A stretch of 64,000 nucleotides of DNA from Octopus vulgaris (GCA_951406725.2 OX597819.1:58838001-58902000), one strand, 5' to 3'; positions 13,680-26,657 are shown, numbered from the stretch's first letter. Notes: generated by a model from the letters alone, not told the origin. A program made the numbers and translations.

Positions 13680-13828
13680 GCAGATACTCATTTTCAGCTG
13701 AATTAACTGGAGTAATGTTAAATGAAATGCCTTGCACAAGGACACAACGCGCTGCTCGGTCCTGGAATTGAACCAACGACATTACGATCGTGGGCAGAAC
13801 ACTCTAACCACTGGACCACGAGCCTTCA
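13680..13828 (-). mobile_element. Partial family C2 SINE
   Basis: tRNA-like head and TGTGTCCTTGTGCAAGGCA core, matching 63757 onward. Confidence 0.7.
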
Positions 13829-15489
13829 CAAGAGCCAGACGGCTGCAAAAGTAAAAGATAATTCATTAGCTTGCTGCACAGAAGTTACGTCCTCGCTGAC
13901 AAGAGACTTCGTTTTAATCATTCGATTAATAACGAGCACCAAAGTGGACTTAAATAGGATTAGTGAAGAACCTTGAAGGTTGTACATATACCTAACATGA
14001 AGCAAGAATTAGACCGAAACAATTAATTTTGTACGGTTGCTGCGTACACATCTAAAATAAAATTCAAATGATATTTATCTATATTTTTTGTCTTGTCTAA
14101 AATTGAATTGTATTGTCAAAAAATGTTTCTTACCGATTTTTGAAGCAGCAAAGAAAAACTTTTCTAATTTTTTAAACCCTAAATGGAAACAATAGCCGTG
14201 TTTATTTTAGATAAAAAAATTAAAAGGGAGAAATAGCTTCTTCTCCACCTTCCATCTTCTTGCAACACTTAAAACAAAGGCAATAATAGCATTCAAACCA
14301 GAGAACTTTAATAACAATAATAATATTAATAATAATAAAAGGAAAACTAGAAAAGTCTGAAGTAAATTAATTACAAAAAAGAATTAATATTTTAATAAAA
14401 AGAAAAGAAACGTAAAGAAACTTAATCTAAACAGATACGTCAGCAGAAAATTTAGAAACCATTAAGATTAAAGAAAATATTAACCCTATCTCAAGAGGAA
14501 GAAGGAAAACATAATCCATTTTAGTCTGGGTTTTTATGTTATATCTGTCGACCAAATGACACATTGTCAAATATATCCTGGGCGACATTTCATTTCATAT
14601 TTGTTATTTAAAGTTTTGAAAGATTTATACAAACCAACATGTTTGTCACATTTTATTACTTGTTCTGTTACGTAACTTTTCATTAAATTGTATGATGTTT
14701 GGTCATGTCAGTTAAAAGTTTGTTCCATGTTCTGGACGATATTTCATTGCATGTCAGTTTGGTCGACGTTATTTGTATGTATGTATGTATGTATGTATGT
14801 ATGTATGTATGTATGTATGTATGTATGTATGGATGGATGGATGGATGGATGGATGGATACACATACATACATACATACATACATACATACATACATACAT
14901 ACATACATACATACACACACACATTCTTTATTAAAAGTTCTGTGGCGATGAAGAACGCATGCAGATCTAACGGGCTGGAAGTACTCAGTCACCGACCTGT
15001 ATTAGTCATAAAGTATTCTCCTTATCTTCTAAGACAGCGAGGGGAATACGTTACTCTACGTATGTATGAGCAGCTCCATTATGGAAGATCATTGCTCAAC
15101 CGATAACCAGAGACATTCTGAAAAATCTGATTTATAAACCTTCTTTCTTTCCCTGTTTGGTATTTTGGCACGATTAATGAATGTCTCCTTTCCTCTTTCA
15201 AAACAAAATATGGCGTTGGAAAGAAAAGAAACGGAAAACAAAACTATTTCATGCGCTATTGCATAAAAGGAATGAATGTAGGCCCGAAAGATGTGTTGCA
15301 CTTATTGCACGAGAAATGAGGCAATAAGATATCTTTCACAGAGATTCGATTTTGAGGTAATGATCAGCTTCATGAAGTTGAAAATGTTTACACGTTTTTC
15401 TGAAATAAGAAATCGAGAGAAGAATGCAAGGAAGCTGGTGTTGATCTTGCAGACATTTCTGAAATGCTTAAGGAATTGGTAAAGCTTCC

Positions 15490-16465
15490 TGTTCCGTTAA
15501 ACAAGCGGTTGGTGATTCTGATTACGACAGAAAGGTGGGCGATAGGTTATTCGTGTAAATATCTATGCTCCTACTCTAACCAACTCTGATAAAAAGAAAA
15601 ACACACCCTTTGTCCAACTAAAAACTGTCCTTAGAAACTTCCAAAGCCAGACAAGATTGTTTTACTGAGACGCTATAATTCCAGGGTTGAAACGGGATTG
15701 ACAAACGGGTGCATAGGTGTGGAAAGGTTAAATTCCAACAGCTTCACTCTCCTAGAACTTTGTTGATAATAGAGTCTACACTGCCAGTACTCACGTTACT
15801 CACAAAGGTGAGCATGGGACAGCATGGATGAAGCTAAGATCAAAGGCTTGCAACTTATTAGATTATGTAATAATTCATAAAGACGATATCTGACATATCT
15901 GTTATATCAAGCCCTTCTAAGGCTCAGTGTTGAACGAACCATTGTTTAATATGAGTAAAGTTGTGGATGGTGTGTAAAAGGAAAGGGTAAATTTTAAAAT
16001 ATATATCGACGCTTGAATCGATCCTTGTGTCAGGTAGGTTCTTGATAATCGTCATTCGAGCATAGGAAGATGTGACAACACGAAGGAAGCTTCGAATGCG
16101 TTACTGAAACACTGGATTTTCTTCTGTTACATACTGTGATAGAGAACTAGTTTTATAAAAATGATGGTGAGGCTCAAAACGTCCCTACTCTCTTCACTAA
16201 ATCAACAGAGGCTGCCGATCACTGGAATGAACACTTTTCTGAACTTTTAAACTGTGAGTTTGGTGTGGCTGGTGTGGTAACTCATACTCTTGGACAAAGA
16301 CTTATCGTTCCTTCCACGAACATTGCACCCTCAAGAGATGAGATACAAAGAGAGCAGTAAACAAACTAGCTCATGGCAAAGCTCTTGATAAATCTGTAAG
16401 GGAATCTATGCTAAGATCATTCACCTTGGTGGCGATTGCATCACACGGAACCTTTATGAGATAGT
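15490..16465 (+). mobile_element. Decayed RTE-like LINE fragment (APE endonuclease to linker)
   Basis: Broken frames give VNIYAPT, LLDYVII, HWNEHFSELLNC and GKAL motifs typical of RTE-clade ORFs; many stops and frameshifts. Confidence 0.7.
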
Positions 16466-17086
16466 ATATGTATGTGTGTGTGTGTGTGTGTATGTGTGTG
16501 TGTGCGTGTGCGGGCGGGCGGGCGTTGGTCTGCATATGTGTATATGTGTATATGCGTGTGTTAATATAAATATATGTCTGGCATGAGAATTCTCTAGAAA
16601 AACTAAACGTTTCCTCTCAGTTTCCTGTCTTGACGAAACTCTCCATAATCCAAATTCTAATTATTCTAGCGTCCCTCATATCATTTATGGCTGCTAAGTA
16701 AGAGTGGTAAGTGTTACTTAGCTGACATTGCATACGCCATTTTGACAACAGAGATAAGTGGCTTCTATGGAAGCTAGTGATGTATTATTCATACTGATAT
16801 GTATTGTGTTTAAATATATTTGTGAGTGTGTGCGTATGTATATATGTATGCATAGCACGGTGGCTGTGACATGGGTCAGTTCTCTTAAACGTGTGTAAAT
16901 GTGTGAGTGTGTGTGTGTTTGTGTGATTTAACTCAGTCAGTATGCCCCGGAATTCTCATACCCTAACAACCTACCAAAATTCCAGCTCGTATTTGATCTC
17001 GTGTCTTCTGTCAGTGCTTTTTATTCCGCATTATAATAGTTTCCTTTTCACATATAGCTATGAATATTCACACCACAGATACTTAT

Positions 17087-17127
<41 letters not shown>

Positions 17128-17995
17128 CACGCACACACACACGCACACATACACACACTCACATGACCATACACACCCAGATATGTAGACACAATCACAC
17201 ATACACACATCCGCACGTCCTCACATCCGCACATCCGCAGATAATATACACCTACTCAAAAACATACACACATGCAAACACACACAAACACGCGCATACA
17301 CACACATGTATACAAACAAATACATGCAAATCACGTATATATAGGTTTTTAAATAAATATAAACGAGTTTTTAATATAAATATAGACATAAATACACGAA
17401 CTTATGTTAAGAAACTGTTTACATTCCAAAGATGTTAAACTAAAAATGCAATCTCGTCCTATTTGCTTTCCCTCCAGACGACTTTTTATAAATTGTAGAT
17501 GTCTTTTGTCGTTTATTTTTGTTTTGTTTTGTTTTTGTTTTTTTTTGCTGCCAATTCTCTATTTATTTCTTTTTTAAAATGGCGAAGAATTGGTAGAAAA
17601 TTAAATTGTCACAATGAAATAATTCTTCAAGACAAAATGGTTTCAACATCACGTTTTGAACTTTATAGGGCTCTTTTTTTTTTGTGTCGTTTATTTATGT
17701 ATTTATATAACTGTCAAAGGAGCAGTGCGGGTAGCCCCAGAGAGAGCCATATTTGCTCTTTGGGAACAATATTCTTCGAATTAATCAAATCTATCTTTAA
17801 CTCGTTGTCTTTCTTACCTCTCAAGCCTCGCCCCACTCATCTTCTTTTCTACCTCCTCTCCTTTTTTCCTCTCTTCTTTCCCTGTGAATATATGAATGCG
17901 AGTGTACGAATGTGTGAGCAGTTATTTCTGGTTTCTCTTCTTTCTCCCTCAGTTACTCTCTATATCTCTCTGACGCTGTTCTCTCTCTTTCACGC

Positions 17996-18051
<56 letters not shown>

Positions 18052-18439
18052 TTAAACCCATTTGTTAGTCATCACTAATATCACCAGAAGCAAAATCTGT
18101 TCATCATCATGATCATCATCACCGCCATCATCGTCTTCACCAATGTCGTTGTCATCGTCGTCATCGTCATCATCGCCATCATTTCTCCTCCTCCTCCTCC
18201 TCCTCATCATCATCATCATCGTCATCATCATCATCGTCACCAACATCATTACCATCGTCGTCATCATCGTCAAATGCCATCATATTATCTTTATTTTCTG
18301 TCCCAGATATACTGTCTGCCTTAAATTGTTCTTGATACTTAGTGTTCCTTAATAATTCTAAAGACACCAAGCTTTTCGCCTTTTTTTCTTTCTCCTTAGT
18401 AATCCCCTATCACGAACCGACGATCTTTTACGCGGGCAC

Positions 18440-18959
18440 TCGACCTGCTAGAAATAACAGCCAAATTTCCCACACAACACGCACTCTAAATGTGAATAAA
18501 AGACTGGATCGTCACGGCTGGAACACCTTCAGTAACAAGTCTGTTCAATCAAGGCTGAACTGCAACAGCAACAACAAGGTGTCCCCAATGGGGATATAAC
18601 TAATTCTGAAATATTAACCATAGTTTACTAAGGTTAATATTGGATCATGGTAAATATAAGGTAGGCGTTGATAGAAATCATAAGGGCATTGAACTAAATG
18701 TCTTACAATGTTTAACCTCGTGTCCCCTCCCTTCTGAGGTTAAATCCCAACAGTCAACGTCACCTTTTAATTCTCCACCCAAAACCCATAATAATAAACA
18801 GTTCCTTAAATCCTTCCTCTTCCCACCACCCACGATGGCAACTCTTTGGAATTTCCTCTTCCTACGTCGACGTAATAAAAGATGCGAGCAAATGGGTGGA
18901 GTGCATCTATTTAGTGGCAAGATCTTCTAGAAATAGCAGCCAAGCCTCTCTCTTTCTCT

Positions 18960-19013
<54 letters not shown>

Positions 19014-19172
19014 CTGCACTTTGTTGGCTTAAAAGGAATTAGGAAAGAAACAGGAAGGTTACATTGAACAATGCTCTCCTGGATATACAAAAAATGAGAT
19101 GGCCATGATTGGAATACCTATCATCACAGATCTGCTCCATCACTGCTGATATGGGGTTAAACAGCAATAACG
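18440..19172 (+). mobile_element. Two 3' fragments of an interspersed repeat (CTAGAAATAGCAGCCAA motif)
   Basis: Related segments at ~18440-18578 and ~18926-19172 end in AAC-rich tails; the motif also occurs reversed near 4700 and 62705. Confidence 0.55.
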
Positions 19173-20285
19173 ATGAATGCTAACAAGTGTTATGGACATC
19201 ATATATTTTCTATGTATATTAAAAAAAAAATAGAAATATAAAATAAATAATATAAAGAATATGTCGATATAAAAAAATGTTATGCAAATATGAGATTATT
19301 AGTGTTATAAAAGCGGCTAACTTCGTATTTTATCAATAGAAAGCCATGTAAAAATTTAGATTTTAAAACATGGAGTTTATTAGGAGAGATTTAGTTGCTC
19401 TCTTGAGCAGGTCGAAAATTGGTATGGAAGCTCTCTCGCTGAATCGGGTGTAAGTCACTGTTTTGCTCGACATACATCAGTCTGTTTATGATACTTGTAA
19501 AATATTGAAACCACCCTCCACACATTCACACACACACACCACCTGTTGAGTGTAAAATGAACAAATCCCGAAAAAAAATTAAGCATAAACCATGTACTTA
19601 TGTATTATTACATTAAGCATTTACTACATAAATCATGGAATTAAATAACGATAACTGTGGATCTAGAAATTACATACATGTTTGATAAATATATATTCAG
19701 TTGCAATGTGAAGAAATAAACAGTTGGCAAACAACAGAAGCATGCGCAGCTAAGAGCGAGGAGTGTCCCACTAGTTTCGACCCTCTTACGAATCATCGGA
19801 GATAGTTTAACTCTACGCTGAACTTTCAAAATTTTAAAAGAATAACTCTTCTTACCAAAAACAAACAATTTCTGTCTTTAAATAGAAATTTATAAAATAG
19901 GATAAGGTCGACGACCAGGATTTAGTAACAAAAATACCAATGCGATGCCTAATTAAATGAATGTTTACAAAAAATTATAAATGATACATTTAATGAACCT
20001 TATTAAATATCGGTCGTCAACCTTGTGCCATAATATAGATTTTTATTACGTCAGTAATAGTTTCTTCATGTTTTTCTTTTTAAAAGATATATTACTCTTA
20101 ATTTGAGCGGTTCAGAGGTGAAGTAAGTGATCCCTTAATGAGTATAAATAAATACGAAACTCGCTGGATATTGGTCTCTCTTCAAAGCGGAATCCCTGTG
20201 ATTTGTCCACACGCAGTATTTTCCCAATTACATGAATATATGAATACGTGTTCATTAAGAATATCGAATACGATTTTTTTTAATG

Positions 20286-20450
20286 AGGCAGGCTGGCAGA
20301 ATCGTTAGCACGTCGAACAAAATGCTTTGCAGCTCTTTACGGTTTGAGTTCAAATTCCGCCGAATTCAACTTTACCATTTATCCCTTCGTTCTCGATGTA
20401 ATAAAACAGTAAATAATCAATTTGTCCCCTCCCCTCAAAATTGTTGCCAT
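20286..20450 (+). mobile_element. Diverged family A SINE
   Basis: GGCTGGCAGAATCGTTAGCA head and GAGTTCAAATTCCGCCGA. Confidence 0.7.
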
Positions 20451-21039
20451 TGAACTCTGCAATGAACTGGTATCCCGTTCAGGAGGTATGTTGTGATCTC
20501 AGTTAGTTATGCGCCATGGAAACCGCATAACTTGCCTTATGAGTCCCAGAGCTGAAGCATATGTTTTTAAAAAAATCTGATTTTCATTGCCATATTCATC
20601 AATAACCATGCCGCGCTGATAGTTTTGTTACTAAAATAAAGAATATTTATGATGCAATAAAATATATCCAGGACAATCAATAAACTTTCAATTAATTTCT
20701 GGATAGAGAACAGGAATAGCAAAACACAGTGGATACTTTTACGTTGTAACTTTATATATACCAGCCTCATCGGCTAAAGATAGAACATTTTGTTGTAAGG
20801 ATGTAGTATATATACTTTTCGTGGAGCAGGGAAGTATTTGGTTTGTACCTTTTTATGAATGAAAATCAAAGTCAAAGAAAATGAACCGTCAAAACAAATC
20901 TTAGTTGATTCTGTTTAACTGGATCACCATAATGGAAAATGTTATCCATGGACTTTGTTAACTTCTAAGAGAATAGGGGAAGCATGTCTCACAAACGAAA
21001 ATCACCCCTGTTGACTGTCCATGTTATATTTCAAATTTT

Positions 21040-21210
21040 GAGAGAAGGCCATCAATTTCGGAGGAGTGGGCGAGTCGGTACTTACTTTATTGACCCGGAA
21101 AGGATAAAAAACAAAGTCGACCTCGGCAGAATTTGAACTCAGAATGTAAAGACGGATGGAATGCCGCTAAGGATTTTGTCCGACGTGCTAGCGATTCTGC
21201 CAGCTCGTCC
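21040..21210 (-). mobile_element. Family A SINE
   Basis: AAAGTCGACCTCGGCAGAATTTGAACTCAGAA...GATTCTGCCAGCTCG. Confidence 0.8.
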
Positions 21211-21449
21211 ATGAAGCTATATTGATTCCATAAACTTACAATAAGCTTAAATATCATTAGCCACGGTTTCCCTCTTCAATTCTAGAATGGGTGTTGGCAG
21301 ACAATAGTCTTTCTGACCAAAGCACAAAAGCAAATGTTCCACTCTGATTAAACTCTGACAGTGACAAGACATGACAACAAGGCAATAATACACTACAAAA
21401 GTGATGTAAACATTCGCCACTTAATCCCGACTATGCAAACGTAGCATTC

Positions 21450-21960
21450 ACTCAGATCATTTCTAGATAATAATGAGCATCCTAGCATCGATTCACCTGG
21501 AGATCCAAACCGAGCCGGAACCGGAGCCAGAGCGCTTCTATGAAAAACACTGCTTGTCATAGAATTAACTCAGTAAGTGGTGAGCTGAAAGACTTCCACC
21601 CTCCATCCCACACTTACACACACACACGCGATTTGTCTTTGTTAATGCATTTTCCTGATACAAGCTTATACCCAGGGTGTATTTGTTTGTCGTTATATCT
21701 GTATTGTGATAGCAACGTCTTCCGCATCTGCAGACACCGCCTTCCTGTGTTTCAGTTCCCGCAGAATATTCATCAATGTATCCGACTTTCACATTAAGAA
21801 TTCCAAAGCTAAAACATAGAAACCGATGGTTGTGGCACACTTCTATTAGTATAATAGTTCCAAACGGCCCTGAAAGATAGTAATAAGCTTGACCCTTTAC
21901 CTCTAAAATAACCAGTGTTAAACCACCACACGGCCCACATGCCTTCCAATGGTATAGTGA
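21450..21960 (-). mobile_element. Decayed Tx1/L1-like reverse transcriptase fragment
   Basis: The minus strand gives YLSGPFG, VSADAEDVAI (degenerate YADD), GKCINKDKS and LDLQVN, resembling the FGPDLQVEKNW region of the element at 26657. Confidence 0.55.
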
Positions 21961-22350
21961 AAACAATGACGAATTTAATATTTCACTTATATTTCTAGTT
22001 CTGCAGTAAATGGTTCACTTTCTTTTGAAGCAATGACCCAATTGTTTTAAACACTGAAATTGGGTTTTTTTTACAAATCCGGAGAAAACTACAACGTTGG
22101 ATTTTGCTTTCTACAGCCCTGCTTTCTTTTTCGGTTCTCAATTTGATAAGAGCGTTTTATTCTGTTTTTATTTGCTTTTAAATGATATTGTTAAATAGTT
22201 CTTTTGTCTTTCAACGATTTTTCTATTTAATTTTTTTCTTTTCCGTCCCATAGGAATTTTCCTGTTCTTAGTATATTATTTTATGGAATTTTGCCTACTT
22301 CTTTGGGACGTGCTAAATGCATTATTTTGCATTATATATATATGTATATA

Positions 22351-22500
22351 CCGGAGTAAACACATAGATGTGAAACAAGGTGGAAAAAAATGTACTCAAA
22401 TACCAGGGATAGAGTAATATGCTTTATTTAAAAGCAGCAGAAATTCAACAAAACCTGTTACTCTGAGTTTCACGTTCCCGTTCGTCGGACAGTTTTTGTT
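22351..22500 (-). mobile_element. Penelope-like pseudo-LTR fragment lying in (TA)n
   Basis: Hammerhead fold followed by AATAAA; (TA)n runs lie on both sides. Confidence 0.6.
22447..22500 (-). ncRNA. Putative type I hammerhead ribozyme (CCGACGA core variant)
   Basis: AACAAAAACTGT-CCGACGA-ACG(GGAA)CGT-GAAA-CTCAGA-GTA-ACAGGTTTTGTT. Stem I is 12 bp with 1 mismatch, stem II is 3 bp, stem III is palindromic, and the triplet is GUA. Confidence 0.65.
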
Positions 22501-22579
22501 AAAATAAAAAGAAAAAACATTTTTTTAAATAAAGTATATATATATATATATAAATAGCTTCAATTTTATATCATTGTTC

Positions 22580-23060
22580 TGCTTAAGAAAATGCGGATCA
22601 GCGAATCCTGGTTATCTCTTTCATTATTCGTTTCCAATAAGATTTGTAGAAATGCAGGTTGAGCAAATCTGGAGTCCTTTTTGTGCGATGCTGGTCTATA
22701 TTTTGACTATGCATTTTTTTGGGGGGATGGGGTGTAATGTAATGGCCAGACCGATTGTGGATATCATCTTCACATCATTGATACGTTCCATAACATTATC
22801 AAAAAGAGATCTAACGTATTGTTTCCTCTGGATGGGTAGAAGACCATATGTCTCATGAACAGCATGTTGGGAAGGTTTAGCAGAAATTCTGCCATCCTGA
22901 TGTAAAAGCTCTAAGAGAAAGTATTCCTGTGAGTATTTGACAATGAAAAGGCTAAAGTTACCAACATTGTTCCAATTAGGTTTATGCGTTATCTATTCCC
23001 AAGACTCGGGTTTTCTGCCATGATCTGAGGCATCTAATTGGCGATACATTGGACATATAA
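22580..23060 (-). mobile_element. Decayed CR1/L2-group LINE APE endonuclease fragment
   Basis: The minus strand gives MYRQ (YRPP-like), PSRGNNTLDLFL, SGH (SDH-like) and LHFYKSYW. Confidence 0.7.
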
Positions 23061-23723
23061 CTGCCTTAGGTGTCTTGTATGTACTGTTAGTATATTACAA
23101 ACTGAGTTTGAACGTAACACCTTCGTTGATGTAGATGGCAGGTCCACTATGGCTTCTTTCTTTTTGGTCAGAATGAAAGACGGTTTATTTTGTAACATTA
23201 ATGGAGACGTTTATGAAGCGACAACCCTTGGTTTATTATCTGCTGTGACTGTGTGTGTTAGTGGGATCAGCTTCTTGTTTGTATCAAGTTTTAAAAATAT
23301 GTTTCTGTTGCTCATCTTCTGTGACTTGCAATATCAGACGGGATCGGGCACAAGTGGCAATCAGTCATGTCTATTACACAGATGACCCTAAGCTGACAAA
23401 CAATTGGTGACCTTGTTACACACAATGCACAGATCCTGCAGGTAAATTAGCAATAAATTTGGTTTGGAAAGATACATTAATGAAATAAAAAATCCTATAA
23501 TATATTGTTAAATAAACATATATAAAAGGATTAGACTAATGATAGACTTACATAGGATGTAAATAAAACAGTACAATACAAACAAATTAAACAATCAGTT
23601 AGGAAGTAATATTATAGATGTATTAGGCTAATGCTTAGAATTGGACGAAATATGGTAATAGGTGTCCACATTATTTACATTATTTACATTTGACAGATAT
23701 TTGTCCTCATCTTGTTTGTTGTT

Positions 23724-23769
23724 AACACAACGTTTCGGCTGATATACCCTCCAGCCTTCATCAGGCGTC
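23724..23769 (-). ncRNA. Minimal type I hammerhead ribozyme
   Basis: GACGC-CTGATGA-A-GGCTG(10 nt)CAGCC-GAAA-CG-TT-GTGTT. Confidence 0.7.
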
Positions 23770-23827
23770 TTGGGGAAATTTCGAACCTAGGTTCTCATTC
23801 CTAAGGTATTTTTCGAGGTTGTTGTTG

Positions 23828-23896
<69 letters not shown>

Positions 23897-23978
23897 TCAC
23901 TGCCTGGAATCGAAGACGGAATCTTGGGGTTAGTAGCCCTCGCTCTTAACCACTACGCCATATGCCCGTGGGTAGTGA

Positions 23979-24031
<53 letters not shown>

Positions 24032-24106
24032 GTAATAATAATAATAACAACAACAACATCGAAAAATACCTTATGAATTAGAACCCAGGTTCGAAATTTC
24101 CCCGAA

Positions 24107-24152
24107 AACACCTGATGAAGGCTGGAGGGTACATCAGCCGAAACGTTGTGTT
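24107..24152 (+). ncRNA. Minimal type I hammerhead ribozyme
   Basis: AACAC-CTGATGA-A-GGCTG(10 nt)CAGCC-GAAA-CG-TT-GTGTT; stem III is the AACGTT palindrome. Confidence 0.75.
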
Positions 24153-25204
24153 AACAACAAACAAGATGAGGACAAATATCTGTCAAATGTAAATAATGTA
24201 AATAATGTACAAATTCTTCATCTCTTAGACAGAGAACTGCAATAGGTGTCTAGTTGTCCCAGTAATAATTTACAGTTATAATTCTCAAGTGAAACTTAAG
24301 TGAATTAGCAAAACTGGGTATGAAAATAATGAAAACAATAACTGCATTTAGAATCCAATCCTGAAAAACTCTCACAGACAGACAAACAGGGAGGTAGGGG
24401 AATCTTCTTCAAATAGAAAACTAATACAAAATATTTTATGTAGGACTACAAAAATATCTACTAAATGATAAAGGGAAACTAATACAAATAGCTGCAAAAG
24501 ATGAGAAAACAAAAGCTGTTTTTAGTTTTCAGGAAAGCAAACATGTATAAAACAGAAGCTAAACTAATATACAGATGTAAGGAGAAACAATTATAGAAAG
24601 TATTTTTAAAATACAATAAATTAACTGTCTGTATAACCAACTTACCAAAAATGTGGACAACTACTGCTTTCGTTGTCCACCAACCTAATGACCCGTCGTG
24701 AATTGTGGATATTAGGCAATTTAAAAGCTATTCAATACAGTCTTAAGAAATCTGATCGTTTGGCTTGCATCATGATATTAAGCGACCATCAGCCGCTTAT
24801 ATCATGATGCACTGTCCGTGTTCAAAAATGTCTGTTAGCTCATGATTGATTCGAGCCGACCGAACGAAGAGAACACGGGGGATACATCTGATGATGCAGT
24901 AAAAATTGCACTACCATGTGTATGTCCGTATTCCTGAAATGTGAGGCGGCTTGAGACCAGAGCATGCCAGCCATTGATGGGTCAAGGTTTGCTCTACATC
25001 AGGGTCCCTGGCTCTAATCGGGTATTTATCATACAGTGGTTTGTTTGGCTATATTTTTTTTGTTATGCTATTTTAAATTGAGGACTGCATTGTCATTTGA
25101 AAATGCAGAACTTTGTTTATATACTAAATTAGTTTTACATAGTTGTCGGACCTTAAGTGACAGCAGATCCAGCTCATAAGTCGACAAATGGAATCGCACT
25201 GTCC

Positions 25205-25637
25205 GGATCTTTTCGGTTTGAACGGCAGTTTTTTCTAGCGGTGTCATATGAAATTGTCACCCATAATTATGAACCTAGTATCGATCTATTGCATTTCAAT
25301 CTGTTTTAGGGTTAGGGTTAGTTAGGGTTAGGGTGAGGGTTAGGGGTGGGGTATCTTTTTTTCTTCAGAAATGTAAATAAACCCAATCTGTTTCTTAAAC
25401 GAGGGACATATTCATACGGCACAGAATGTTTTCACTTCAATAGACGTCATTGATTGGTTGAAATTGCAGAAATTGAAGAAAAAAAAACAACAAATATCTT
25501 ACAAACTATAGAATTTTCTCAATAAAGCCAAGAGAAAAAGATGTTTTATAAACACATTCTACCAATATACGAAGTTTAAAAGTGTTTAGTTACGTGGAAA
25601 TTATTTTAAAAAACTGCCGTTCAAACCGAAAAGATCC
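25205..25637. mobile_element. MITE with ~27-bp TIRs and 8-bp TSD (Merlin-like)
   Basis: GGATCTTTTCGGTTTGAACGGCAGTTT ... AAACTGCCGTTCAAACCGAAAAGATCC. TSD CACTGTCC/CGCTGTCC. Second copy at 39104. Confidence 0.9.
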
Positions 25638-26474
25638 CGCTGTCCTCATTACCAGGTGCTAGCGAAGGAACCTAAAAGCCTGCTCTCCCAGCCATATCAG
25701 ACGAAAGCAAGGATTTATTCACAGTAACAACAGCAAGCATTAAACAACCAAAAAGTACCCCCTCACAGTAGCGCCACTCCTTATGAAGATAAGGATTTGA
25801 TGGCGGTCGATTTAGATGTTCAAAATTCTACCTGCAACGGACCGGCGTCCCGTGCACAGGGAATGTTATGATCTCGGCCACTCATACATTATGCGACTCT
25901 GGTAACCAAGCTTATGTGTCTTAAGATTCCGGACAATAAAATCCTGGGGTTGATGATCATCATGATCATAATCATGATGATGGAACATATATGAGCTCAT
26001 ATTGCTTGTCAAAACCAACTGAGGTAAGCAAATAATGAACAAAATTGAAAAATTAACGGACAAATTCGAAATGAATTTAGCAGAAAAGGAGTTATTTAAT
26101 TTTATGAACTACCAAAAATTCATAAATCTACAGATATCCATAACAGATTCAGAGAACCTACACACATGATTCCCAAAATCTCTGATTTAAAATTGTGCCT
26201 TAAGTTTTACCGAACTGAACACAAGGAGTCCCGTTTAAGGGAAATGTTACGATTTTGCTTACTGTTATGACTGAATGGGACCTTTACTGTATGTATTATA
26301 ACAAACAATGTTGTACTTGAGTTAGGCTTTATAACTGAAAGTTTCTTGACGAGAACGTGAGCTGTTCCTAGCAAGTTTGATTTTTAGGGTTTTGTTCATA
26401 TATTTGTTATTATACCACGCTCTCCCATTATTATTTGAGTATTATATATCTCCTCCACTTTTTCATTGACTCCG

Positions 26475-26598
26475 AGTACAAATTCCGCTGAGGTCGACTT
26501 TGATTTTCATCTTTTCGGGGTCGATAAATCAAGTACCAGTGAAACGCCTACTAGTTCACTCCCTAAAAATTTCAGGCCTTGTGCCTTTAGGAGAAAGG

Positions 26599-26655
<57 letters not shown>
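26475..26655 (+). mobile_element. Partial family A SINE with (TTA)n tail
   Basis: AAATTCCGCTGAGGTCGACTTTG...CAGGCCTTGTGCCTTTAGGAGAAAGG(ATT)n. Confidence 0.8.

Positions 26656-26656
<1 letters not shown>

Positions 26657-26657
<1 letters not shown>

Larger units (their letters stand above)
23667..24240. mobile_element. Non-autonomous Penelope-like fold-back element with tRNA-like head and hammerheads
   Basis: Inverted arms at 23668-23904 and 23971-24208, a 32-nt tail at 24209-24240, TSD AATAGGTGTC at 23657-23666 and 24241-24250, and a tRNA-like head on the minus strand at 23967-23896. Confidence 0.85.

Noticed and set aside
24883-24930. Hammerhead candidate CTGATGA-TGCAG/TTGCA
   Set aside because: No GAAA follows stem II.
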